DNA of 64,000 bases from Promethearchaeota archaeon (GTDB lineage Archaea > Asgardarchaeota > Lokiarchaeia > Sigyniarchaeales > SOKP01). The notes beneath the pieces were generated by a model. The model had not been told where the DNA came from. It worked only from the letters and a program-made list of their open reading frames with translations, and ran no database searches. The translations under genes were made by a program, and so were the position numbers. The stretch covers positions 28,648 through 92,647 of the forward strand of contig JBHLOI010000007.1 of NCBI GenBank assembly GCA_048940645.1. The letters are read 5' to 3'. Below, piece by piece: positions 18,366 through 26,718 of the stretch (position 1 is the first letter of the stretch; each line of letters starts with the position of its first letter).

Positions 18366-20309
18366 ATGGGGAGAAAAATATATAGAAAAATATATAGATT
18401 AATTTTAGTAATTTCCTTAATCATAATAAATACTACTCTTATTGGAACATTGAAAGAAACAACTCCGAAAGGAGTTAATGCTTTTAATGTTTTTGAAGAA
18501 CTGAATAATTTAAATAAGAGAGACACAGAATTCATTTATTCCTTAAGCGAGCAAATAAATACTCCCCTTATTAGATATCTTGGACCTGACAACCACCCAA
18601 TAGAAGGATTAGATCTAAAAAGTCATAGCGATGAATTATTCGAGATTGATTTTAGATTAGATGATAATACACCTGATGAGTGGGTAATCAGAGTCTATAG
18701 TTATCTTGATTATAATGTTGATGATACATCTTTAACCGATAGCGAAAAATTTGAAGATGGAAGTGATTTTAAGCAGTATCAATCTGGTACTCCTCCCATT
18801 TTGGAGGAACTTAATCCTGATGAGAGTTTTATGGGTGTTAGATATAGTAAAATTTTAGAAGATCATGTAGAATGGACTACCTCAGAAAAAGATTATACAG
18901 CAATAAAACAGAACGTTGACATGATTAGCGATGAATTATACTTTCACGTAAAAGTTCTATACAAATTAGATTTTGAAGGAGATGATTATTATTATTATCG
19001 AACCTTCTACATCTCAAATTATTGGACACCAAATTTTAAATTTAAACCTTTAAATATTTATGATGATGATACCTCCCCTCCAAGTTTTATTAGTATTGGA
19101 ATTCAAAATCCTCCAATCTACGATAATAATGAAACTATTGATTTTGAAATAGTAGTTGAGGACGATAGTGGAATTGCAGAGTTATCTATTGATTTTCTAG
19201 GAAATCTGTATGTTGATGAAGATAAAGATAATCATATATCTATACCCAATCCTGCTATTCCAGGAGAGTATAGCTTCAATGTTATGGCTGAAGATGCAGA
19301 TAATGATCGAGAAGGGGATCAACTATATTCTAATTTGTATTCAAGCTTCAAAATTTTTGATGACGATGTTAATTGTCCCATTTTTTCAGATATATCTATC
19401 ATAAATGCGCCAATATATGATAGTTATGATTATATAATTTTCGAAGTTATGGCTGAAGATGAATCTGGTATTGCAGAGTTATTTATTGATTTTATAGATA
19501 CCAGATATTATTATGACGATGAAAGTATCCAAATAAAAATTCCAAATCCGAGAGTTCCTGGAATATATGAATTTACTGCCATTGCTATTGATAATGATTC
19601 TGAATATGGACAAGATCAGTTAAATATCACGGTAACTTCCTGTTTTGAGATCTTTGATGATGATATTACTCCTCCTGAAATTATAATTTCTGAAAATGAA
19701 GATTATTTCGATTTAGAAGTCATAGATAATGATGGTATAATTGATAGCGAAGCAACCGGAACCTATATAATTATCTCCCAATATGGAGAAGAAATAGCAA
19801 CAGGCACATTAGATCAAGAGCAAATTAAATATCGACTTTGTAAAAATATCTTTTATTCAGGCGGCATAGGGGTTCATACATTAATCGTTCAAGCAACAAA
19901 TAATGATCGAGAATGGGAAGGCGATGAAGAAACCTCAGCTATTGAAAACCAGATTATCATAACTCCAGACGACTATTTCAAATATATAAACAAACAAATT
20001 GAAGAAATTAAAAATTATATTTGCAATATCGTAAATCCATGTATTTGTAGTTTTGTGATATGTTTTTTAAATACTATTCAAGAAGATTTAAAAGAAGCTT
20101 ATAATTACTTTATGGTTGATAATATTATTGAATCTCTAGATTATGTAGGAGACGCAAGATCAAAACTTTTGGTTAGCATAGATTTAATAGATGGTATTTA
20201 TAATATTGGATGTCTATGTATTGAAGATAGAGACTTTTTATTGGCATCATTACAGAAAATCCTTGATACTGTTGATAACTTAATAGATTGTTTAATTGAC
20301 TCTATGTGA
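18366..20309 (+). CDS. secreted/surface protein with three cadherin-like tandem repeats and a Cys-rich helical C-terminal domain
   Basis: Signal-anchor LILVISLIIINTTLIG. Repeats bounded by YDDDTSPPSF / FDDDVNCPIF / FDDDITPPEI and containing AEDADNDREGDQ-type acidic loops. ATG at 18366, preceded by AAGGTGA, preferred over GTG at 18354. Confidence 0.5.
   Translation: MGRKIYRKIYRLILVISLIIINTTLIGTLKETTPKGVNAFNVFEELNNLNKRDTEFIYSLSEQINTPLIRYLGPDNHPIEGLDLKSHSDELFEIDFRLDDNTPDEWVIRVYSYLDYNVDDTSLTDSEKFEDGSDFKQYQSGTPPILEELNPDESFMGVRYSKILEDHVEWTTSEKDYTAIKQNVDMISDELYFHVKVLYKLDFEGDDYYYYRTFYISNYWTPNFKFKPLNIYDDDTSPPSFISIGIQNPPIYDNNETIDFEIVVEDDSGIAELSIDFLGNLYVDEDKDNHISIPNPAIPGEYSFNVMAEDADNDREGDQLYSNLYSSFKIFDDDVNCPIFSDISIINAPIYDSYDYIIFEVMAEDESGIAELFIDFIDTRYYYDDESIQIKIPNPRVPGIYEFTAIAIDNDSEYGQDQLNITVTSCFEIFDDDITPPEIIISENEDYFDLEVIDNDGIIDSEATGTYIIISQYGEEIATGTLDQEQIKYRLCKNIFYSGGIGVHTLIVQATNNDREWEGDEETSAIENQIIITPDDYFKYINKQIEEIKNYICNIVNPCICSFVICFLNTIQEDLKEAYNYFMVDNIIESLDYVGDARSKLLVSIDLIDGIYNIGCLCIEDRDFLLASLQKILDTVDNLIDCLIDSM
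19059..19973 (+). repeat. intragenic tandem repeats: two exact-length 99-codon units (19059-19355, 19356-19652) plus a diverged third unit (19653-19973)
   Basis: Units align residue for residue, e.g. NPPIYDNNETIDFEIVVEDDSGIAELSIDF vs NAPIYDSYDYIIFEVMAEDESGIAELFIDF. DNA similarity is also visible (ggaattgcagagttatctattgatttt vs ggtattgcagagttatttattgatttt). Confidence 0.8.
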
Positions 20310-20512
20310 TTTTTTCGAAAGGAATTTTGAATTTCTTTTTTTTAAAATTTTAAATAATAACAAATTCCAACCTATATTTTATGTAATTATGGATTAATCA
20401 CCACAAGAATGGTGATAATAGTGACCAAATCTATGAAAATGGTTTGAAGGAGGCAGTACCTATATCTTTTCTTATAGTTTATTGGATGGGTCGTGCTTTT
20501 AATATTTTTTAA

Positions 20513-22126
20513 TCATTCCATGTTATTCAATTTTTTAAGACCTATTAAAAGTAATGGAATAGCGAATAAAGTGCCAAAAATTATTAAAGGAAGGCTAAAA
20601 ACCACTTTTATTAATTCTGGTGGAGGATTTAAATTCCCTAATAATTGAAATCCTAAGAAAAGGCTTCCAAAGATCGTTACCATGTTAATAATAACTAAAA
20701 TCCCTATAGTAAGTTGCATATCACCCCCTTTTTCTTCAAATGCAGGGTTAATACACTGAAGTCCTATAGCTTGAGATACAGTTATTAAGCTATATATGAT
20801 AAGAAACAGAAAAAAGAAAATTATAGTAAAGATATCATATTGAAAAAATAAACTAAAAAAAATTGTCAAGCCAATTCCTATAAAGAAGATTATAATAAAA
20901 ATCATTTGCAGATATGAAAAGATTAACGCTTTAATATTTCTGGGGGATTTCTTGTATACCCATATTAGTTCTTTTGAACCAACAAAAATATAATTCCCTA
21001 AAAATAAACTAAATAGCATACCAGCAATCATCACACTCATCATCATATACAAGCTGATGTCTTGATTATCTAAATTTGGATAATCTCCTCCTAAAAAGGC
21101 AAAAATAACTCCTTCAAATAGAGTTAATCCTATTGTATATACAATTTTCATTAGGTTTTCTCTTTTTCTAAAAAATTCTTTTAATTGAGTTATAATTAGA
21201 CCTTTCCATTTTACTCCTGTAATTTTTTTTATAAATGTATAGAACTTATTTTCTTTTTCAATAGTAGTGGTAACTTTTTCAATGCTAGTTTCTAGAGAGA
21301 AAAAAATATGAGCCTTTTTGAAACTTATATAGAGAATAATAAGAGGAATAAATACAGCAAGAGAAATACTTGCCCAGATATTAAGAATATACGAGCTTAT
21401 TAATATTGGTTGAATAGTGTATAATATAATATTTGAAAACCATAAAGAAGGGTAAAAACTTAAATAATTTTTAATTTGGGGATTAGATTTTATATAATTA
21501 AACAAGTATGTAAATGTATACATAATTACTACCATTGCAATAGCTAAAAGAAATAGAATTAATTTACCTAAATCACGTGCTTTTTCACTTCTTACTATTT
21601 TATGTTCGAGCCAAGAGACTAAAATAGATCCTAATAAAGCAGCAAAAATAACATGTCCAATAACACATGAATAAATAACAACATAATGAAGAATGTTTAA
21701 ATCGATAATAGGGTTTATTAAACCAGTTATAACTGGCGCCAATGCCAAAATAAATATTAGATATATTGGTATCTTTCCTAAAAATTCTCCAATAAAAATA
21801 TCACCTGGTTTAGCTGGTGATGCTAATACCATTTCTTTATAGCCAACTTCCGTCTTTCGATAAATATTTTGCATTGGATACATTATAATTATCAGGAATA
21901 GCATCATTAGTATAAATTCTATAAGATATCCAACAATCGTTATAATAGTACTTGGGAAACTTGTGGCTAACGTAGGCATGAATAAGTCAAAAATTAAAGG
22001 CGCAATAAAAAACGCCCATATACAGAGTATCGTATAAATAACCATAAATAACAAAAATCTATGGTTACGAAAACTACTTGTTTTCCTTCTTAATTCTGTT
22101 TTAGCAATCGCTTTCCAAGCTCTCAT
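20513..22126 (-). CDS. ABC-2-type transporter permease (about 12 TM)
   Basis: 537-aa polytopic membrane protein whose ATG lies 1 nt after the stop of the ABC ATPase gene (coupled). Confidence 0.6.
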   Translation of the reverse strand: MRAWKAIAKTELRRKTSSFRNHRFLLFMVIYTILCIWAFFIAPLIFDLFMPTLATSFPSTIITIVGYLIEFILMMLFLIIIMYPMQNIYRKTEVGYKEMVLASPAKPGDIFIGEFLGKIPIYLIFILALAPVITGLINPIIDLNILHYVVIYSCVIGHVIFAALLGSILVSWLEHKIVRSEKARDLGKLILFLLAIAMVVIMYTFTYLFNYIKSNPQIKNYLSFYPSLWFSNIILYTIQPILISSYILNIWASISLAVFIPLIILYISFKKAHIFFSLETSIEKVTTTIEKENKFYTFIKKITGVKWKGLIITQLKEFFRKRENLMKIVYTIGLTLFEGVIFAFLGGDYPNLDNQDISLYMMMSVMIAGMLFSLFLGNYIFVGSKELIWVYKKSPRNIKALIFSYLQMIFIIIFFIGIGLTIFFSLFFQYDIFTIIFFFLFLIIYSLITVSQAIGLQCINPAFEEKGGDMQLTIGILVIINMVTIFGSLFLGFQLLGNLNPPPELIKVVFSLPLIIFGTLFAIPLLLIGLKKLNNME

Positions 22127-22127
22127 T

Positions 22128-22961
22128 TTATTTCTTTTTTCTACCTTTCCTTCTTTTTTTCTCTTTAGTTTTTTCGGGTAATTCTTCTCTCCAAGCTAAT
22201 AAGTCCTCAATTTTAGTAACACCCATTATTTTTAGATAAGCATCTTCCAAATCTTTAGCATCAACAGAATCAATAATTTTTCGTGGTGTTCCCTCCACTT
22301 TCAAAGAACCCTTATCAATAATACCGATTAAGTCACACAATTCTTCAGCTGTATCTAAGAGATGAGTACAAATAAAAATAGTCTTATCTGCTTTCTTAGT
22401 TAATTCAAAAATCAGGTCTTTCACCATTCTAGTAGCAGCAGGATCTAAATTAGAAGTTGGTTCATCTAAGAAAATTATTTTAGGATCTTGTATCAATGCA
22501 GCACATAAACAAACTTTTTGTTTCATGCCTCTTGAAAAACCTTCTAGAAGATCATTTTCTCTCCCCTCTAAGTTAAAAATCTCTAGTAATTCATCTATAC
22601 GAGTAATTATTACTTCTTTTGGTAAATAATATAATTCACCTATAAACTCTAAAAATTCTCGAGGGGTTAATTTTTGATATAAACCAGGAGATTCAGGAAG
22701 AAATCCACAAATTTTTTTCACCTCTTTACTTTGGGTAAGTATATCATAGCCACCAACTAAAGCTGTGCCAGAAGTAGGTGAAATAATAGAATTTAACATA
22801 CGAACTGTCGTAGTCTTTCCAGCTCCATTAGGTCCTAAGAGAGCATAAGTTTTACCGTAAGCAATCTCTATATTTAAATTATTTACCGCGAATATTTTAC
22901 CAAAATGTTTAGTCAAACCTTTTGTTCTAATAGCAATATTATCTATCGTTAATTCACCCAT
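22128..22961 (-). CDS. ABC transporter ATP-binding protein
   Basis: Walker A GPNGAGKTT, Q-loop, signature FSRGMKQK, Walker B IIFLDEPTSNLD, H-loop CTHLL. Lysine-rich C-terminal tail. Confidence 0.92.
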   Translation of the reverse strand: MGELTIDNIAIRTKGLTKHFGKIFAVNNLNIEIAYGKTYALLGPNGAGKTTTVRMLNSIISPTSGTALVGGYDILTQSKEVKKICGFLPESPGLYQKLTPREFLEFIGELYYLPKEVIITRIDELLEIFNLEGRENDLLEGFSRGMKQKVCLCAALIQDPKIIFLDEPTSNLDPAATRMVKDLIFELTKKADKTIFICTHLLDTAEELCDLIGIIDKGSLKVEGTPRKIIDSVDAKDLEDAYLKIMGVTKIEDLLAWREELPEKTKEKKRRKGRKKK

Positions 22962-23026
22962 TTAATCATTCAAGAATAAAAAGAAAAGATGCTTTTTAAT
23001 GTTTCATAAATTCTCTTAATTATTAG

Positions 23027-23473
23027 TTAAATATCAGCATCAATAAAAAGATCATCAAATTTATATCCCAAAAATTTAGCTAATTCTTCTAAAAATTCTT
23101 TACTAAAACTTTTTGATAATTCCTTCTCATCTATTTCTCCTATTTGAAATAATGTGTTATGATCAATACCCTGAGCATTAACAAAATCCTCTACTTCTTT
23201 GTAGGGCTTCTTATATTTAATCTCTTTTAGTTGATCTTTTATTATAGGTTCTTGATAAAAGATTTCATTTAAAGGTTTGTCTAGAACTTCGGCAATCTTA
23301 AAAGAAATTGTGAGAGATGGATTATATTTTCCTTTTTCTAAGAAGTAGATCGTTTGGCGAGAAACCCCGATACTATCTGCTAAATCTTGTTGACTTAGAC
23401 ATAATTTATTTCTAATTTCCTTGATCCTTGTCTTTATCTTCGTTCTAAATTTCACAGATTTCTCACCAATCAA
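23027..23473 (-). CDS. XRE-family HTH transcriptional regulator with C-terminal extension
   Basis: IRNKLCLSQQDLADSIGVSRQTIYFLEKGKYNPSLTISFKIAEVLDKPLNEIF is a canonical HTH_3 (YozG-like) domain. Confidence 0.8.
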   Translation of the reverse strand: MIGEKSVKFRTKIKTRIKEIRNKLCLSQQDLADSIGVSRQTIYFLEKGKYNPSLTISFKIAEVLDKPLNEIFYQEPIIKDQLKEIKYKKPYKEVEDFVNAQGIDHNTLFQIGEIDEKELSKSFSKEFLEELAKFLGYKFDDLFIDADI

Positions 23474-23523
23474 TCAAATAGCAAATCAACTAATTTTTTA
23501 ATTTATAAAAAACAAATTTGTTT

Positions 23524-24348
23524 TCATGCTAGCTCAAATAAATCCTCTATTTTACAATTTAGAACCTCAGCAATTTTGGAAGCCAATAGTAGACTTGGAT
23601 TATACTTTCCTTCTTCTAAATAGTTTATTGTTTCTATAGGAACTCCTACCTTCTCTGCTAACATCATAGCAGTTAATTTTGCTTTTTCTCTTAGTTGTTT
23701 TATTGAAGTCTTTAACCTCTCTCCCTCTCGCATTTTAGAAAGAATATAGCTAATGAAGTTATCAAATGCCAATTGTTCAGGTCTAAAAATTTTATCCTCT
23801 AAACCGCTCGGGGTTGTAGAAATTTTTGCGATTATTTCCTTAATCTTATTTTCAATTATATGGGGGTCCTTTAAACCTGGAATGTATCCTTCAGGACCTA
23901 TTCCTTTACGTGTCGTGCCTGAACTAACAGCACTATGACCAGCGGTTTCAATCTTTATTGTAAAGGTCTTAAACATCCTATCAAATATTCCAGTAGTTAT
24001 ATTGATGTTTTGGATTCTTTTATAAGGAATTGTAGCCCTCGTTCTTGTAAATACTCCATGGTTAATCACAATGCTGTCTTTTTGCACCTTATATGTAAAA
24101 TTTCGAACATAAGCCGAAAAATATAAGGCAGACGTTAGTGTTATAATTACATATGGAGCTATTGTGGATGCAAGAATTAAAATTAGAAATAATTCAAAAG
24201 TGAAATCAGGATTAAAAAAATAAACAAAGTAATATGTAATTGATAAAATCGCAGCATAGAATAGAAGAATTAAGTTATTTTTTAATACTTCTTTCTTTAC
24301 GTAATCACGTGAAATTGTGCCTATATAGATGAATTCTTCCTCGTTCAT
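23524..24348 (-). CDS. membrane protein with bacterial-type PH (bPH_2/YdbS-YdbT-like) domain fused to a C-terminal XRE HTH
   Basis: Two TM helices. Then YKVQKDSIVINHGVFTRTRATIPYKRIQNINITTGIFDRMFKTFTIKIETAG (bPH_2 pattern). C-terminal LREKAKLTAMMLAEKVGVPIETINYLEEGKYNPSLLLASKIAEVLNCKIEDLF (HTH_3). GGGAGGGAA RBS upstream. Confidence 0.7.
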   Translation of the reverse strand: MNEEEFIYIGTISRDYVKKEVLKNNLILLFYAAILSITYYFVYFFNPDFTFELFLILILASTIAPYVIITLTSALYFSAYVRNFTYKVQKDSIVINHGVFTRTRATIPYKRIQNINITTGIFDRMFKTFTIKIETAGHSAVSSGTTRKGIGPEGYIPGLKDPHIIENKIKEIIAKISTTPSGLEDKIFRPEQLAFDNFISYILSKMREGERLKTSIKQLREKAKLTAMMLAEKVGVPIETINYLEEGKYNPSLLLASKIAEVLNCKIEDLFELA

Positions 24349-24375
24349 GATATTCCCTCCCTATTTTTTATATTT

Positions 24376-24389
24376 AATTTACTAGTCAT
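24376..24389. promoter_or_regulatory. left arm of a perfect 14-bp inverted repeat (AATTTACTAGTCAT), candidate operator
   Basis: Exact reverse complement of 24564-24577. Lies 28-41 nt upstream of the bPH-XRE gene start on the minus strand. Confidence 0.4.
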
Positions 24390-24563
24390 TTTATTTAATT
24401 ATTAATAGTAATATAGAAATATATATTTTTCTAAATCTTATACTCAACACTCTTATGATTTATTGAGTAATTATAGACTTTAAATAAAAAATGCTAAATA
24501 ATTTTAACTTACATTTATAGAAATAGAAAAATCTTTTTTAAATTATAGAAAAATTTAAATATG

Positions 24564-24577
24564 ATGACTAGTAAATT
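24564..24577. promoter_or_regulatory. right arm of the 14-bp inverted repeat (ATGACTAGTAAATT), candidate operator
   Basis: Exact reverse complement of 24376-24389. A third related half-site, CATTAGTCAT, lies at 24600-24609. Confidence 0.4.
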
Positions 24578-24660
24578 TAACATGGGTATAATAAAAAATC
24601 ATTAGTCATACCTAAAGAAATGTAATAATAACCCTTTAAAAGTAGGATGTGATTAAAAGA

Positions 24661-24891
24661 ATGTTGGAAAATGAATCCGAAATAATAGAACGGATTTATC
24701 GGATCAACATACTAGAGGAAGATGACATAATCCTTTTAAAGAAAAAAAGGAAATTGAGGGAAGTTATTGAAAATATAAATATAAGTGATCATCTCTCTGC
24801 TAAAGCAAAACAATACATCATATTAGGACTTGAATCATTTATTATCGCTGCCCATATTGCGTTTTTTGTCCTTAGAATATTTAATTTTTAA
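24661..24891 (+). CDS. small tail-anchored membrane protein (76 aa)
   Basis: Acidic/basic N-terminal half (ILEEDDIILLKKKRKLREVI) and a single C-terminal TM (YIILGLESFIIAAHIAFFVL). ATG at 24661 preferred over GTG at 24649. Confidence 0.4.
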   Translation: MLENESEIIERIYRINILEEDDIILLKKKRKLREVIENINISDHLSAKAKQYIILGLESFIIAAHIAFFVLRIFNF

Positions 24892-24906
24892 AGTGGTGTT
24901 TAAAAG

Positions 24907-25053
24907 GTGGAAGAAGAAATAGGGGAACAACAAGATTTAATTTTCTTAAAGAAACACAGGCGGATTAAAAAGATTTTAATAATAATTGTTAAGATCCTCT
25001 TACTTTTTTTCTTCCCGATAATCGTAGCTCTTTTAGACCATTTTATATTTTGA
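24907..25053 (+). CDS. possible 48-aa tail-anchored peptide, paralogous to the preceding ORF
   Basis: GTG-initiated frame found by hand: VEEEIGEQQDLIFLKKHRRIKKILIIIVKILLLFFFPIIVALLDHFIF. Shares the D-(I/L)-I-(L/F)-LKK-x-R motif with 24661-24891. Below the ORF-track size cut-off. Confidence 0.25.
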   Translation: MEEEIGEQQDLIFLKKHRRIKKILIIIVKILLLFFFPIIVALLDHFIF

Positions 25054-25170
25054 AGATTAGCTATTTTTTAAAGATTATTAAACATTGGTCTAATCTAGTT
25101 TAAAATAAAATAAATAATCTGATTAATTAACAATCTTACCAATCAAAAAAATATTAATTGTGTAAAAAAA

Positions 25171-25737
25171 ATGTCTATAGAAAGAAAAGATCGGTATTAT
25201 TCAAAAGAAAAATATGAAAGCACTTACACATCTTTTTTCTGTGGTGGAGCCTTTTTATTTGTAGCAATTTTATCATTGGTCCTTTTATCAACCAATAATA
25301 ATTTCTTAGGACTTTCTGGCTGGGGATATTGGATGTTTATTCCCGCGTTCTTCATAATATTTTTTGGTGGATTTCAACAAATTTATACAAATATGAAGTT
25401 CAAAAACGCAGTTAAAAATGCAATCGCAGATCACGGAGTTCAAGGATCAGTCAAGCTTGAGGACCTCGCACTTCAGGTTGGGATAAAGCCACGCGACGTA
25501 TTAAGGGTTCTTGTTGATTTAAGAGCAAAAGGATTGATCGCTTATAAATTTAATCAAGAGACAGGAGAAATTATTCTAGGAGAAAAAGTGCAATATACTC
25601 CTCATGAAAGCTATGTGGCTCCACCAAAGCAACTTCAAGAACCTTTGTCCACAGTAGGTAAAAATTTTTGTGTTTACTGTGGCCAAAAATTACGTGAAGG
25701 AGCTCGATATTGTGAGAATTGTGGATCAGAATTATAG
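25171..25737 (+). CDS. membrane protein with cytoplasmic winged-helix-like module and C-terminal zinc ribbon
   Basis: Two TM helices. Then VKLEDLALQVGIKPRDVLRVLVDLRAKGLIAYKFNQETGEIILGE (WH-like). Then CVYCGQKLREGARYCENCG (CxxC...CxxC). Confidence 0.5.
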   Translation: MSIERKDRYYSKEKYESTYTSFFCGGAFLFVAILSLVLLSTNNNFLGLSGWGYWMFIPAFFIIFFGGFQQIYTNMKFKNAVKNAIADHGVQGSVKLEDLALQVGIKPRDVLRVLVDLRAKGLIAYKFNQETGEIILGEKVQYTPHESYVAPPKQLQEPLSTVGKNFCVYCGQKLREGARYCENCGSEL

Positions 25738-25876
25738 ACTAAAAGTAGTTTATTAAACTTCAATAATCAAAATTTTTCTTTTTTCTTATTTTTAAATTTA
25801 TTTATAAAAAGTTAAAATTTAACAAACTATTAGATAATTTTAATGAAATCTATTTTTATTGAAGAGAGATAAATGT

Positions 25877-26680
25877 ATGAAAGAGATTGATAAATTAATA
25901 ATTACAGTAACAACAGCGAATTCTTGGATTTATCCTGACTTAAAAAATTGGGCACAAACAACTGATGAATTAATAGATGATGTACTGAAATGTTACGAAG
26001 CTGGAGCTGCTATTGCACATATTCATTTACCTAGAGGAGAAGAAATTGAAACTGTGGAAAGAATAAGAGAGCAATGTGATATTATAATACAAGCAGGAAT
26101 GTCAAGTTATCCAATTGAAGATAGAGCCCCAGATTTTCAAGCAAGACCAGATATGCTCTCTGTTATTTCCAATCATCATGCTGAACACTTTCCAGAAGCA
26201 AATGTAGATGTTATCCATGATATTGATGAGTTGGAGCAGTATTGCATCTCATGTAAGAAATTTAACATAAAAATAGAATGGGAAGTTTGGCATACAGGGT
26301 CATATTGGAATCTGAATTATTTAATCAAAAAAGGATTATTAGACTCTCCGTATGTGTTGACTCTCTTTTTTAATTGGCCTGGAGGGACATGGTCTCCACC
26401 GACTGCAGATGAATATTTACACAGAGTTAAATATATGCCGTCTAATAGTGTGTATACAATTAGCGTTATGGGAAAGGAACAAACAAAGATTGCTACTTTA
26501 GCAATCACATATGGAGGCCATGTTCGAGTAGGTACCGAAGATTATCCTTACATAAATAAGGGAATACCTGCTAAAGATAATGCAGAATTGGTCTCTCGTA
26601 TGATTAAAATTGGCGAAGAAAGGGGACGTAAAGCTTCAGATCCATCTGAAGCAAGAAAGATTTTAGGAATAACTAATTAA
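25877..26680 (+). CDS. beta-keto acid cleavage enzyme family (3-keto-5-aminohexanoate cleavage enzyme-like, DUF849)
   Basis: TIM-barrel BKACE pattern: LIITVTTAN..., AGAAIAHIHLPRG, later HVRVGTED. ATG at 25877 preferred over TTG at 25859. Confidence 0.65.
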   Translation: MKEIDKLIITVTTANSWIYPDLKNWAQTTDELIDDVLKCYEAGAAIAHIHLPRGEEIETVERIREQCDIIIQAGMSSYPIEDRAPDFQARPDMLSVISNHHAEHFPEANVDVIHDIDELEQYCISCKKFNIKIEWEVWHTGSYWNLNYLIKKGLLDSPYVLTLFFNWPGGTWSPPTADEYLHRVKYMPSNSVYTISVMGKEQTKIATLAITYGGHVRVGTEDYPYINKGIPAKDNAELVSRMIKIGEERGRKASDPSEARKILGITN

Positions 26681-26718
26681 CTGTGTAATTCGAAACAAGA
26701 AAAAGTTTTTAAAAAATG

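Noticed and set aside
20397-20416. 7-bp inverted repeat ATCACCA-caagaa-TGGTGAT between the convergent cadherin-like and ABC permease genes.
   Set aside because: It is short, lacks a flanking T-tract, and T-rich tracts right after the 20309 stop already explain termination. It is too weak to call a feature.
24561-24620. ATGATGA (C-box-like) sequence, which suggested a C/D box sRNA.
   Set aside because: No CTGA D or D' box and no terminal complementarity lie within 50-80 nt. The same applies to the ATGATGA/TGATGA occurrences near 30310 and 40066.
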